Shown here: positions 12,351 through 23,785 of the stretch, one piece after another
Position numbering within the stretch: the stretch's first letter is position 1
Layout of the letters: each line of letters opens with the position of its first letter
Origin: Squalus acanthias
Lineage: Eukaryota
NCBI GenBank assembly: GCA_030390025.1
Contig: CM059452.1
Location: forward strand, 6,510,001 to 6,574,000
Direction: 5' to 3'
DNA: 64,000 nucleotides
Program-made: the position numbers and the translations under genes
The notes under the pieces: generated by a model
Databases searched by the model: none
The model's input: only the letters and a program-made list of their open reading frames with translations
Told to the model about the DNA's origin: nothing

Positions 12351-12760
12351 GGTCTCAGAGCGCAGAAACTCTCAGTCGAACCGCGCCCTCCTCTGCGCTC
12401 AGCTCTGCTGTGAAACGGTCCTTGGCGAAGTCGGCTGGGAAGTTGCCGTATTCGGTGATAAGCAACACGTTTACCGGAGGCCGACCGGGAAGCTGCCGGT
12501 ACCAGGAAAGCTCAGGGTTTGTATCTGTTGTTGTAAAACTACAATTCAACCTCACCGTTTCTTCTTCACGCACCATCCTGTTCGAATAGTCTTGGTGCAC
12601 GGAATCACCGCCAACGCTATTGGCTGGAAGAGAAATTGATAATTTACAAATATCTGTCCCACTAACCGGACCTATTGGTGACTTTCCTGCTCGGATTCCA
12701 CATGTACTTACACAGCACAGAGAGCGCCAACACCACACTGAAATAAACAGGGAAACACAT
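12351..12760 (-). pseudogene. TCR V pseudogene (34-bp FR3 deletion removes YYC)
   Basis: Leader 12760-12712, V exon from 12623; lacks GGTTGG..TATTACTG relative to the paralog at 60237; RSS 12312-12350 with degraded nonamer AGAAATACT. Confidence 0.9.
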
Positions 12761-13384
12761 CGCTATCCGGGGGCCACAATATGAGCATCGCCCCTTTCTC
12801 TGCTGCAGCAAAAACTGCCACCAGTACAGGACCAGGCTGAGCTATTTAAACCTGTGACAAGCATAGAAAGGGAAGTGACCCTGCAACTATGTCACATCCG
12901 TTTGGGATAATTTCACACCATCAGGGAGTGGGGAGAATTGCTCTGGTCACTGTGGGTGCAGCAACATCCGAAATGTTTCAATGGAGATTCCTCTGGTCGG
13001 CATTTCTAGGGAAATCTTAAACAATTCCTTTTTTAACTACTTAATTGCAAAAAGAACGTATTTAAGATTAATTTAGAGAGAGACTAGAGGAAATCTTCGT
13101 GGAACGATTTAAGATTCGCTGCACTCAGTGAACAGAGACACTATGCCCCTTCCTTAGTTCATTGCATGTAGCAGTGACACTTTTCATAGACAGTGTTGAG
13201 CTGCCCTTAGCGTTACCCGGGGAAAATAAATGATGTTTTGATATAGCAAATAAAGACCGAGAGACTATGGAAATTCGCTCCACGGCGCCACCAATTGGAC
13301 GGAGCCAGAAACTACATGCTGACTGCTCTCCTTGGTCACTGTTACCGCCCAGTGTCTCTTTAACTCTCCTTCTGAGCTCATTTC

Positions 13385-13520
13385 ATAGACACATAGAATC
13401 TTACAGCACAGAAGGAGACCTTTGCCCGAACGTGCCTGTGCTGTTAGTACCACTGCCCTGATCTTTCCCCATAGCCCTAAAAATGTTTCCTTTTCAAGTA
13501 TATATCAAATTCCCTTTTGT
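13385..13520 (-). mobile_element. CR1-like 3' remnant (paralog near 59465-59605)
   Basis: CATAGAATCTTACAGCACAGAAGGAG tail motif. Confidence 0.55.
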
Positions 13521-13936
13521 AAATTCCTTTTTATAAGGAAGGCAGCATCCTACACAAGAGTTGCACCAATATATAGAGAGCTAATGTAGACCTTTGGTCC
13601 TCGGAAATTGCTCGGAGCGCCTCTGTGTGGGTGTGTCTCCCCCAATCTCTATGTAAAGATGAGAGATAATTATACAGAAAAATGAATAAAAGGAAGACAG
13701 AAGGAGGATGTAAAGTTTGGTTTGTAATATTGGAAAATAATGACCGGTTGAAGCTGTTCCCGGTAACCTCGCCACAAGCAGGCTGTTTAAAATCGATTCA
13801 ATATACCCATGTGAGTTTGTTGTAAAGTGTTTGTGCTACAGAGCAGCAGCAGGTTATTCGGAAAGAGACGGACAGAAGTTCCTCGCAGGTCTCTGTCTCT
13901 CTCTCACTGTGAAGCCTGAATTATCGCTTCTGTGAG

Positions 13937-13951
13937 AGCGCCCTCTGGTGA
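13937..13951 (-). promoter_or_regulatory. CTCF-type motif 25 bp downstream of RSS
   Basis: TCACCAGAGGGCGCT; same site at 21893 and 59029. Confidence 0.6.
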
Positions 13952-14016
13952 GCACTAACTGGAACTCTCAGTGTGGAGTTTTTGTACGGGATCCGCTATA
14001 TCTCTGCAGCAGTGTG

Positions 14017-14517
14017 GGTCTCATGGCACAGAAATACACGGCGGTGTCGGAGATCAGGGCGTTGCTGATCGTTAGCTCGGTAATCGTGGTAGTTTTATTA
14101 AATGTAGAAGAGAATCGGTCTATGTCAGTGAAGTCGCGGTTCCTGTTTACTATCCCTGCAATAATATAAACCACGTACTGTGGAGGCTGCCCGGGGTGTT
14201 GACTGTACCAGAACACTGTAGGGGTAGTAGTGCTTGTTTTCACGGTGCCGGTTAGTGTGACATTACTTTCCTCTTCAACTGTCATTTCAGGAACCGGCTG
14301 TTCCACTGTGTCTTGGCGGCTCCATTCTAAAATAACATAATAGTACATAGTCACCATCATCATCACCTCAATCAACATAACCATCATCATCACCACCATT
14401 TCACCAATAAGAACACCTGGGTTACAGCAGTCAGGGGAAGAATGCATTTTTACTGGGAAGGAAATACTTACTGACAAGTGATATAATGATGAGGAGCGGT
14501 GCGAGAGGGTTCCGCAT
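14017..14517 (-). CDS. TCR alpha/delta V gene segment, open but first Cys is Gly (leader 14517-14472, V exon 14326-14017)
   Basis: MRNPLAPLLIIISLV; DTVEQPVP..VTLTGTVKT..VFWYSQ..DTAVYFCAMRP; RSS 13977-14016 CACACTG-24-ACAAAAACT. Confidence 0.85.
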
Positions 14518-15368
14518 GACACTTCCTGGGTCTATAACTCTGCTGTCCGGGAAATCCTCTGTCGAAGCAGAAATAAAGACCACCGCGCCACTGCACTGCT
14601 GAAACAACCAATGCCAAACAGGGAACAGCGGCAGCAATCTCTCCAATAACACAGGGCAGGCAAGGCGGGTCAGAGCGAGAGCAGCAAACGGAAGCTGTGG
14701 GCGGGGCTGCCGCGGGCAGTGCCACCGCAAGATTTGTCTCTATAATTTCCAGTTGATAACGGCAACAATCATGTGACCACGGCGCCCTCTGACGGTGACT
14801 CTGAGAATTTCACACTGTCAGGATAATGGACAGAATAAAGTGTGAGTTTATCGATGGGGCAGTTTCCAGAGGACTGTTATTGGGAGACAATGTGTATTGT
14901 TTCAGACAATTCAGCTTTGTAAATAGGGCGAAGGGAAATGTGAATTAATTTAAAGGAAAGGACATTTTACTTTATTTCTGAATCTCTTTCTTTATGGCTT
15001 TCTCTCATGTTTTAGCTTTGTGTTTCTCACTCGTTATTTCTCACTTTCTTTCATTTCTCTTTCCATCTTTTCCTAATGTGCTGTCAGCTACACTCTCATT
15101 ATTTCACCGCTTTTTCTCTTTCTCTCTCTCATTCTCTCTTTGGTGTTTTCTCTTTCTTTTCCTCTCTCTATGTTTCCACCTCTCTTCATTTCTCACTTTC
15201 TTTAAATCTCTCTCTTCAATATATCATCACTATTCTGTGCTCATTCCCTCTGCCCTCCGATTATTATAACCGGGCCCCTCCCAATCCCGTTACTCCAAAC
15301 ACAGCAGAGCGGCGCTCCTCCTCGGGGCAGGTTTCTGTGCGGACTCTCCGCCTGTTTGTTACACTGTG

Positions 15369-15702
15369 GGCTCACGGCGCAGCGATAGGTGGCGCTGTCT
15401 GTCACTCGCGCGGCTCTCACAGTCAGGGCACTGAGTTTATTGCCTCCCCCGATTGAAGCAGTGATCCTCCCGTGTTGATCGGTCCCGCTTGTGGCCATCA
15501 CCAGGTGCTGGAGGGTCTGATTCGGGTTCTGTCTGTACCAGCGCTGGACGGTAAACGCAGCGGTAGCGGAGCAGTTGATCGACACGATTCCATCTTCAGG
15601 AACAACCACCCGCCGAGGGAGCTGCTTCACCTCATCTTCACCGCTCACATCCGTGCAGAGCAGAGTGTAAATCAGCAGGGAAATTCTGTAAATCCGGAGC
15701 AT
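15369..15702 (-). CDS. TCR alpha-type V gene segment with signal peptide in the V exon
   Basis: MLRIYRISLLIYTLLCTDVSG-EDEVKQ..INCSAT..RWYRQ..DSATYRCAVSP is uninterrupted; RSS 15330-15368 CACAGTG-23-ACAGAAACC. Confidence 0.8.
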
Positions 15703-15881
15703 TGTCGGATCAGCTGAAAAGGAGGCTGAAATAATTGTACAGAGTGGTCGGGTTTGAACCAGGACACAGATATTATATTCAGGATAATTAACAAGGAGAC
15801 ATATACCCGCTTCATGTGCAACTCAGAAGGTTTATTGCTTTCGAACTAACGAAACAAACTGTTTCCCGGAGTTTACCCATC

Positions 15882-16145
15882 CCGGGCCGCCCACACTCAG
15901 TGTTTCTGAGTGACACCAGCTCACACTGTCTCTGAGCTCACACCGGGTCGCTCACACTCAGTGTCTCACTGACACCAGCTCACACTGTCTCTGAGCTCAC
16001 ACCGGGCCGCCCACACTCAGTGTTTCTCACTGACATCAGCTCACACTGTCTCTGAGCTCACACCGGGCCGCTCACGCTCAGTGTTTCTCACTGACACCAG
16101 CTCACACTGTCTCTGAGCTCACACCGGGTCGCCCACACTCAGTAT
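15882..16145. repeat. 61-bp minisatellite (about 4 units)
   Basis: Units start at 15882, 15943, 16002, 16063, 16124; paralog at 56975-57177. Confidence 0.9.
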
Positions 16146-16169
16146 ATCTCACAAAGCTACTGCTTCCCT

Positions 16170-16775
16170 ATGTTGGTGTCTCCTTGCTTCACTCTTCTAA
16201 GTCACACCTTTATCGATCACCCTCTGTTGTTGCCTCTCTGCATCACTAACTGTACTCAGTCTCACCTTTATCTACCTCCTTTTCTTATCACTCACTGTAT
16301 TCAGTCACACCTTTATCTATCTCCCTCTCTTATCACTAACTGTACTCAGTCTCAATTTATCTATCTCCCTCTCTTATCACTCAATGTACTCAGTTATACC
16401 TTTGTTTATCTCCCTCTGTTATCACTCACTGTACGCAGTCACACCCTTATCTATCTCTCCCTGTCGGTGTCTCTCTGTATCACTGTACTCAATCACACCT
16501 TTATCAATCCCCCTCTGTTGGTGTCTCTCTGCATCACAATACCCGGTTACACCTTTATTTAACTTTTTTGTTGGTGTCTCTCTGTATCACTCACTGTACT
16601 CCGTCACGCCTTTATCAATCTCCTTCTGATGGGGTCTCTCTGTATAACTGTGCTCAGTCAAACATTTATCCAGCTCCCACTATTGGTGTCTCTGTATCAC
16701 TAAATTCTGTCACACATTTATCTATCTCCCTCTGCTGGTGTCTCCCTGTATTACTGTATTCAGTACTAAAATCCC
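16170..16775. repeat. Degenerate CT-rich minisatellite (about 45-60 bp units)
   Basis: ATCACTCACTGTACTCAGTCACACCTTTATCTATCTCCCT repeated; paralog at 56225-56950. Confidence 0.85.
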
Positions 16776-17310
16776 TCCCCTGAGAACGCAGGTTCCTTTT
16801 TTAACCCAGAGGATTGTTGGGACATGAAATTCCCAACCAAAAGCAGCGAGGAAGCCGAAACCATAATAACACTTAAAATGTAAATAGGTTAATATTTGAA
16901 AAATAAACTTACGTGTATATTGAAACAGGAGAATAATTGGACTAAATGAACAGTTTGCTCAGAGAACTGTCACAGGTTCAATGTGATTCTTCTGATTACA
17001 CGAGCCAGCTGGGCAAGATAATCGATATATTGATGACCGATTGAGTTTCCCCTGAAGCAGAAGATGTGAGACTGTCACTAACATTAACTCTAGACGATCT
17101 CGTATGACTGACAGCGAAACTGACGTGACAAAGCGTGGTCTTCTATCGCGATATCTCCTGTTTCCTGTACTATTGAAGGGGTCGCTATGAAGTTATACAG
17201 AAGCAGAGAGCGCGGTCTCATGGAGTCTGGGCAAGTTGCAGCCTCCAATAATCACCGCCAGCTTCAATACAGAGTGAGACGGAGCCTTGAGTAAAGAGTA
17301 TAAATCAGCC

Positions 17311-17794
17311 ATGGGGGATATTCACCTCTTCCTGTTCGTATTATCCTATGAGTATTACCAATCTGGTTTTAATCTTTCTGCTCTATAAACTGCTGTACCT
17401 CAATGTCAATGGGGTTGGGAGGAGACTCGTGTGGAGCATAAAGACAGGTGTAGACAAGTTGGGACGCACGACTGTTTCTGTAATGTACATTCTGTGTAAT
17501 TCTTAAATTGTGTCCAAAGATGCTCCAAGTTTGGCCCAGAATTCTCAGCCTGCCCGAGAGTTCGCAGTGGAAGAAAACCCCGATAGGATCCAGTGCGGGT
17601 TCAGCACCACAGACAACATCTGTTGGTACAGCCGACTGGAGAGCGAGGTCCCGGGATACATCCATTGTGGATTCAAAGGAGTGCGCCACCAAGGCCGGTT
17701 TAATATCCACACCGACCGGGATCAAAGTCTGAGCACACTCGGCAGCGGCCAGGCAGAGTTGGCGGATACAGGAACCTATTACTGTGCCGTGGGC
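17311..17794 (+). pseudogene. TCR alpha-type V: open exon, leader donor mutated (GT>AT)
   Basis: Leader MGDIHLFLFVLS followed by ATGAGT (paralog has GTGAGT); exon from 17520 ..RIQCGFSTTDNICWYS..YIHCGF..DTGTYYCAVG; RSS 17795-17833. Confidence 0.8.
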
Positions 17795-17974
17795 CACAGT
17801 GTGGGGGAAAGGTCCCGCTCTCCTACAATATCTCCTCTCTGAGCAAAGCCTTGGTAGATTGGGTGACAGTCAAATCGGTTCCGAAAACGAACAGTTTGGG
17901 CAAAGGGCGGTGGCACAGTCCGCAATTATATTGTTAAACTTGATGAGTTATGCCAGAAATGTTAAGCTTTCTTT

Positions 17975-18215
17975 TAACTTCACTCAGAGAGTCCTTTCAA
18001 TTCTTTGCCCCAGAGGGCTGTGAATGCTGAATCTTTGAGTATATTCAAGTATGAGATAGATAGACTTTTGGACTCTAGGGGAATCAAGGGATATGGGGAT
18101 AGTGCAGGAAAGTGGAGTTGAGGTCGATGATCAGCCATGATCTTATTGAATGGCGGAGCAGGCTTGAGGGGACGTATGGCCCACTCCTGCTCATATTTCT
18201 TATGTTCTTATGTTT
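17975..18215 (+). mobile_element. CR1 3' fragment
   Basis: 3' UTR and (TTCTTATG)n tail; paralog at 54785-55030. Confidence 0.8.
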
Positions 18216-18459
18216 TTAACTCTGTTGCATTATGGGTAACGAAATAGTAAATCAGATCTTTCGGTACTCAGCACATGGTGGGAACCGACCCTCATATTCA
18301 GCATTTGGAATAAATGTAGAATTTGCTGGGGCAAAATCTCTTCTACTGCCTATAGCAGAACCAGGGCTAGGAAACGGATATACTTAATTCTGTGGAAATG
18401 ACGCAACTTATTATGCCATCATAATACGGTAGATGAAAACCTCAATATTGTCCTCAAAT

Positions 18460-18572
18460 AGAAAGAAATACTTGCCTTTATACAGAGCTTTTCACCACCT
18501 CAGGACGTCCCAAAGCGCTTTACAGCCAACGAAGTAGTTTTGAATTGTAGTCACTGTTGTGATGTCGGAAAC
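18460..18572 (-). mobile_element. SINE/L2-type 3' tail remnant
   Basis: TTGCCTTTATACAGAGC..CCCAAAGCGCTTTACAGCC resembles L2-derived tails; recognised by eye only. Confidence 0.45.
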
Positions 18573-18777
18573 GTGGATTTATTGTGAAACGCGATGCGCG
18601 CCTATACAGGTCAGGTTTACAATATTACGGCTGATTGTTTGATTGGCTAGTCTGGCGCCAGTTCACTGGTTGAACAGAAGAGATGACTACAATTTAACGC
18701 TCTTTGCTTCTTTATTTATTTCTTTCTCTCCTTTATTTCTCCCTTTCTTCCTCTCTTTCTCTATTTTATCACTCTTT

Positions 18778-19693
18778 AGTTGGGAAAGCAAGTTGTGAAG
18801 AGGTCACAAAGAATCTCCAAAGGGATATAGGCAGGTTAAGTGATTGGGCAAAAATTTGGCAGACGGAGTTTAATGTGGGAAAATATGAGGTTATCCACTT
18901 TGGTAGGAAAAATAAAAAGCAAATTATTATTTAAATGGAGAGAGATTACAAAATGCTGCAGTACAGAGGGATCTGGGGTTCCTTGTACATGAAACACAAA
19001 AAGTTAGCAGGCAGGTACAGCAAGTAATTAGGAAGGCAAATGGAATGATGGCCTTCATTACAAGGGGGTGGAGTATAAAAGTAGGGAAGTCTTGCTACAA
19101 CTGTAAAGGGCATTGGTGAGACCACACCTGGAGTACTGCGTACAGTTTTGGTCTCCTTATTTAAGGAAGGATATACTTGCATTGGTGGCAGTTCAGAGAA
19201 TGCTCACTAGGTTGATTACTGAGATGAAGGGGTTGTCTTATGAAGAAAGGTTGAGCAGGTTGGGCCTATACTTATTGGAGTTTAGAAGAATGAGTGGTGA
19301 TCTTATTGAAACATATAAGATACTGAGGGGGCTTGACAAGGTAGATGCAGAGAGGATGTTTCCCCTCGTGGGGGAATCTAGAACTCGGGGGCATAGTTTC
19401 AGAATAAGGGGTTGCCCATTTAAAACGGAGATGAGAAGTAATTTGTTCTCTCAGAGGGTCGTGAATCTTTGGAATTCTCTACCCCAGAGGGCTCTGGAGG
19501 CTGACTCATTGAATATATTTAAGGTGGAGATAGACTGATATTTTGAACGATAAGGGAGTCAAGGGTTATGGGGAGCGGGCAGGGAAGTGGAGTTGACGCC
19601 AAGATCAGATCAGCCATCATCTTATTGAATGGCGGAGCAGGCTCGAGGGGCAGAATGACCTACTCCTGCTCCTATTTCTTATGTTCTTATGTT
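18778..19693 (+). mobile_element. CR1 LINE, 5'-truncated
   Basis: LVRPHLEYCVQFWSPYLRKD..FSQRVVNLWNSLP; (TTCTTATG)n tail. Confidence 0.92.
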
Positions 19694-19816
19694 CTTTATT
19701 TATTTTTTCTCCTCTATTTCTCCCCTTCTTTCTTTCACTGATACACTGTTGGAGGGAGAGTGTATTGGAATATAATTTTTTGCTATCGTTGAACCTTCCC
19801 TGTATTGTATTCCCAG

Positions 19817-20097
19817 GTCTTTTGTGCAAAGCCAGAATATCTCAACCTCCTCGGTTGTTCGGAACTGCTGGGGAGAATATTGAACTTTGGTGTAATTACA
19901 CGATACATGCTGAAGAAAGCGTGCATTGGTACAGACAATTCCTGAAACACGGGCCGAAGTACATAATCGCGGGGTTCACTGGTGAGACGGTAAAAGGGCG
20001 TTTCAGGATTTTGGTCAATAGAAAAACGGGGTTCGCCAGCCTCAGTGTCGAAGAGATCGCGGGATCGGACGCTGCAGTATATTACTGTACATTGAAG
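19817..20097 (+). CDS. TCR alpha-type V exon, open (leader exon not identified)
   Basis: Acceptor TTCCCAG; ISQPP..LWCNYT..VHWYRQ..GPKYII..DAAVYYCTLK; RSS 20098-20136 CACAGCG-23-ACAATAACA. Confidence 0.8.
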
Positions 20098-20342
20098 CAC
20101 AGCGTTACAAACACTGACTGAACGCGTACAATAACAACCCCCGCCCCTCTACTGAGCTCGCGGTTCCATCGCCACCGAAAATTTTATCAACACGTATGTC
20201 TATTTTTAGCCATTAATCTGATGGTTTCTCTCGCTGTTTCTTTGTCTCCCTGTGATTACATAGAGATATAGACCCATATATCCTTAAAGACAGAGAAACG
20301 CGTGATCTGTCCATTACTTGGATAACCAGGAATGGTTTCTTG

Positions 20343-20617
20343 GGACTGAGTTCCGGACAATCCGTCGAGCAGTGGCCAACTGGAAGGAACCTCGATGGGC
20401 ATTGATTGTAATTATTCAACCTCCGAACTACTACCTGGAGCTTTATCTTGAGAACCAGAACAAGACTCCCACTCGGATAATTCGAAGACATTCCTTTGGA
20501 AAGGACGAAGTTAACGGCCATTTCTCCGTCATTCTGAACAAGCCGAAAATTTTCTGTTTTCACCCTCACTCAGCTGCAGCTCGCTGACAGCGCCGTGTAT
20601 TACTGTGCACTGAGGCC
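20343..20617 (+). pseudogene. TCR V pseudogene (same family as 931-1225)
   Basis: Indels, damaged acceptor, no leader; ends DSAVYYCALRP; RSS 20618-20656 with degenerate nonamer GCAGTATCC. Confidence 0.85.
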
Positions 20618-20698
20618 CACAGTGAGAAGGGCCTCGGGACGCCTCGTGCAGTATCCGTGTTCTGTGAGATCAGCTCAAAGGAGATACTTTGAACCCGG

Positions 20699-20713
20699 CC
20701 ACCAGGTGGCGCT
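20699..20713 (+). promoter_or_regulatory. CTCF-type motif downstream of RSS
   Basis: CCACCAGGTGGCGCT; same motif on the minus strand at 26673-26687. Confidence 0.65.
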
Positions 20714-21358
20714 GACAGAGCGCGGAGTCCCACCGACGGGCACCTTACATCAACCAATACTGACTGACTCTTCCTCAATACAAATTGAGGTGAAATTTCT
20801 TTTTATTTAATATTTCTGCTCATTAATGTTATCCAATCCCTTGCAGTTGAATAATTTCACAAGTTAGTTAAGTGTAAATAATCTGTGCGCCTGGAGAACG
20901 TTTGGATTGATGGCAGTTTCTTTCTATTTCCCACCGCTATTTCAGCCCCTGGTTTTAACTCACTTCGCTGATGAAGATTTCAGTAACTTTTGAATAATAT
21001 AACAAACCTACAATTCCTGTCACGAGCATGCTTGCTCCGAATTTGTAATGAATGTGAAACTAACGCAGCCCTTATAGAGAGGCAGAGTTATATCGTTTCC
21101 GAAGGGTGCATTATTATTGAGTTCAGTTCCTCACAGGTGGATCCTACGTGTGACAACACCGCCCGCGGCAGCCCCGCCCACAGCTTCCGTTTGCTGCTCT
21201 AGCTCTGACCCGCCTTGCCTGCCCTGTGTTATTGGAGAGATTGCTGCCGCTGTTCTCTGATTGGCATTGGTTGGATCAGCAGTGCAGTGGGGCGGGGATC
21301 TGTATTTCTGCTCCGACAGAGGATTTCCCGGACTGCAGAGTTACAGACTCGGAGCAAC

Positions 21359-21828
21359 ATGCGGAACCGACTCGCACCGCTCCTCATCATTATATCACTT
21401 CTCAGTAAGTATATTTTTCCGAATATGAATCCATTCTCCCCCTGACTGATGTAACCCAGATGTTATTATTTGTAAAATGTTGATGATGATGATGATGATG
21501 ACTGCTACGAATCTTTTATGTTAGAATGGAGCCACCAAGACACAGTGGAACAGCCGGTTCCCGAAATGATGGTTGAAGAGGAAAGTACTGTCACGCTAAA
21601 CTGCACCTTGAAAACAAGCAATACTTCCCCTTATGTGTTCTGGTACAGTCAGTACCCCGGGCAACCTCCACAGTACGTGGTTTATATTATTGCAGGGATA
21701 GTAAATTGGAACCCCGACTTCAGCAACCGATTTACTTCTACGTTTAATAAAACTACCAAGTCTTCCGAGCTAACGATCGGTAAAGCCCTGATCTCCGACG
21801 CCGCCGTATATTTCTGTGCCATGAGCCC
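21359..21828 (+). CDS. TCR alpha/delta V gene segment, intact (leader 21359-21404, V exon 21525-21828)
   Basis: MRNRLAPLLIIISLL; VTLNCTLK..VFWYSQ..DAAVYFCAMSP; RSS 21829-21868 CACACTG-24-ACAAAAACC. Confidence 0.92.
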
Positions 21829-22663
21829 CACACTGCTGCAGAGATATAGCGGATCCCGTACAAAAACCCAGACTGAGTGTTCCGGTTAGTGCTCACCAGA
21901 GGGCGCTCTCACACCGATAAAAATAATCAAGAATTCAGCCTCCACAATGAGAGTCACCGTGAGATTCTAAAAAGGGCAAAAACACAACTCTTAACAAGAA
22001 CAGGTGCTCCACGTGCGGAATTATATTAGTTGTTGATTTCAACTCGTATTTATAGTAATAATAGAACTGCACAAATCATGTCTGCGGTGCCTCAACACAA
22101 TTTTTGTGCTTAGATGCCCTTTCAGTGTCTGCCTGCAGTATTGTGCAGCTCTTTACACATCTCCCCTGTCAGTTTTCTTGGCCCTTTCATCGTGGCCTGT
22201 ACACAGGGTTTATTTGATCAGAGTATGTTGCTGGGTCAGAGACAGTTTATACACAATGAACAGATTTCACAAGGTAGTGATTTTACTCTTTAATACAGGC
22301 CCCAAGCACAGAGTTCCCCCAATGTCCATTGTCCTTCAGAATGTCTCTTTAATGCTGGAATATTTTCTGTCACCATTAACAATTCTTCAGCTTCCGGGTT
22401 ACAATAAACGGACAAGAGTTTCATTCCCACCCCCGGTCTCTAAATGCGGAACCATTCCCCTATAAGGACACTGACTGTAGCCCAGCTCGGGGTGTTTCCA
22501 TTCACTGGCAGCCAGCTCACCACCTACCGGTCTCACAGCACCACTGGGGACACAAGGAAGTGAGGTGAGAGCATCCTGAGACACGACAGCAGATTATTGA
22601 GGGCGGGGGTTAGAACGGGTGTCTTAAAATATCCAACCCCCTTTTACAGAGCGGACAGCGACA

Positions 22664-23128
22664 ATGCGGCTACTCAGCATCTGGGCTGTGTGGGGGGCAT
22701 TTCTGACAGGTAATTGTGGACCAAACACATTTCATCTTTTCTCTCATTTCCAAGCATGGTTTGAATCTGAATTTTGAACACCCGCCGGTCTGATCTTTTG
22801 CTGGTTGAACATGTTTTTCAGATCTGAGTCTTGGAGATTCTGTCACTTAGCCGCTGTCCTGAGGAGTTGAGACAGAAGGAGAAGCGGCGAATTTAAGCTG
22901 TACCTATGATACTACACAGAGCGGCTATTATTGATACTGGTACCGGCAACACCCAAACACACAGCCCGAGTTTATTCTGATGAAATACCCGAGCGGTTGT
23001 GAAGTTAAAGCAGAATTTGCTCATACCCGCTTCTCTGCAAATCTCCAGATCTCAAGTAAATTCACCAGTTTAACCATCTCGGTGCTGCAGTTGACCGACA
23101 CTGCAGTTTATTACTGTGCCCTGAGACT
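22664..23128 (+). pseudogene. TCR delta-like V pseudogene
   Basis: Leader MRLLSIWAVWGAFLT (22664-22709); exon from 22822 with three in-frame stops; ends DTAVYYCALRL; RSS 23129-23167 CACGGTG-23-ACAGAAACT. Confidence 0.9.
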
Positions 23129-23785
23129 CACGGTGATGGAAACCCGTTGAACCCTCGTACAGAAACTCCCGGCGCTTTACTGATCTGAGGTGAACCGAGT
23201 CCCGAGGGAGCAGCGAGAAACATGTGACAATAGCGGCCTCTCGCTGCTATGATGGGAACTTTTACATTGTCGAGATACTGGATGTAAACACACAGTAAGT
23301 GAATCTGTGGGGCATTATCCAGCGCCCGTTTATGGGACGATGTATTGCAGCAATATTGATCACAAATGTCGATAACCATATATGGTCCACTTCAGCTTAA
23401 ATCTTGCTGATTCGTTTTCTTTTTTACATTTGTCAGGGAAGCCAGTTGATTGAAGCTCGTTCAAAACAATACGAAACCACAGCGATGCCGAATGTTAATT
23501 GTCGCGCCACAAAGGATGGAGATTCATCTCATGATTCCCGTCCATCCAATATACTGTGGGATTATTTAATGTAACTGCAGCCATTTTAAACTCTCGCTGA
23601 GCTGCCGTTATTATCTTTAATTATTAATGCAAGTTGAAATCACCAACTAATATAATTCCGGCAGAGGACCTCACCTGGTCTTGTTGAGCCTTGTGTTTTG
23701 TTACCCTTTTAAGAAGGTTCTTGTGACTCACTGCGGAGGCTGGATAATTTCTTCTGTTTAGAGGCGTGAGAGCGCCCTCGGGTGA

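Larger units (their letters stand above)
10330..18880. repeat. Segmental duplication arm 1 (five V segments); inverted copy at 54119-63833
   Basis: Collinear reverse-complement match including intergenic DNA; 10330 pairs with 63833 and 18880 with 54119. Confidence 0.93.

Noticed and set aside
15882-16145. CACACTG in each 61-bp unit as cryptic RSSs
   Set aside because: No nonamer; explained as a minisatellite.
18590-18705. Leader exon for the V at 19817
   Set aside because: Candidate ATGs give a five-codon non-hydrophobic exon or hit a stop; no convincing leader was found.
21541-21580. Perfect CACAGTG inside FR1 (also near 14305 and 58670)
   Set aside because: It arises from the D-T-V codons and has no credible nonamer at 12 or 23 bp.
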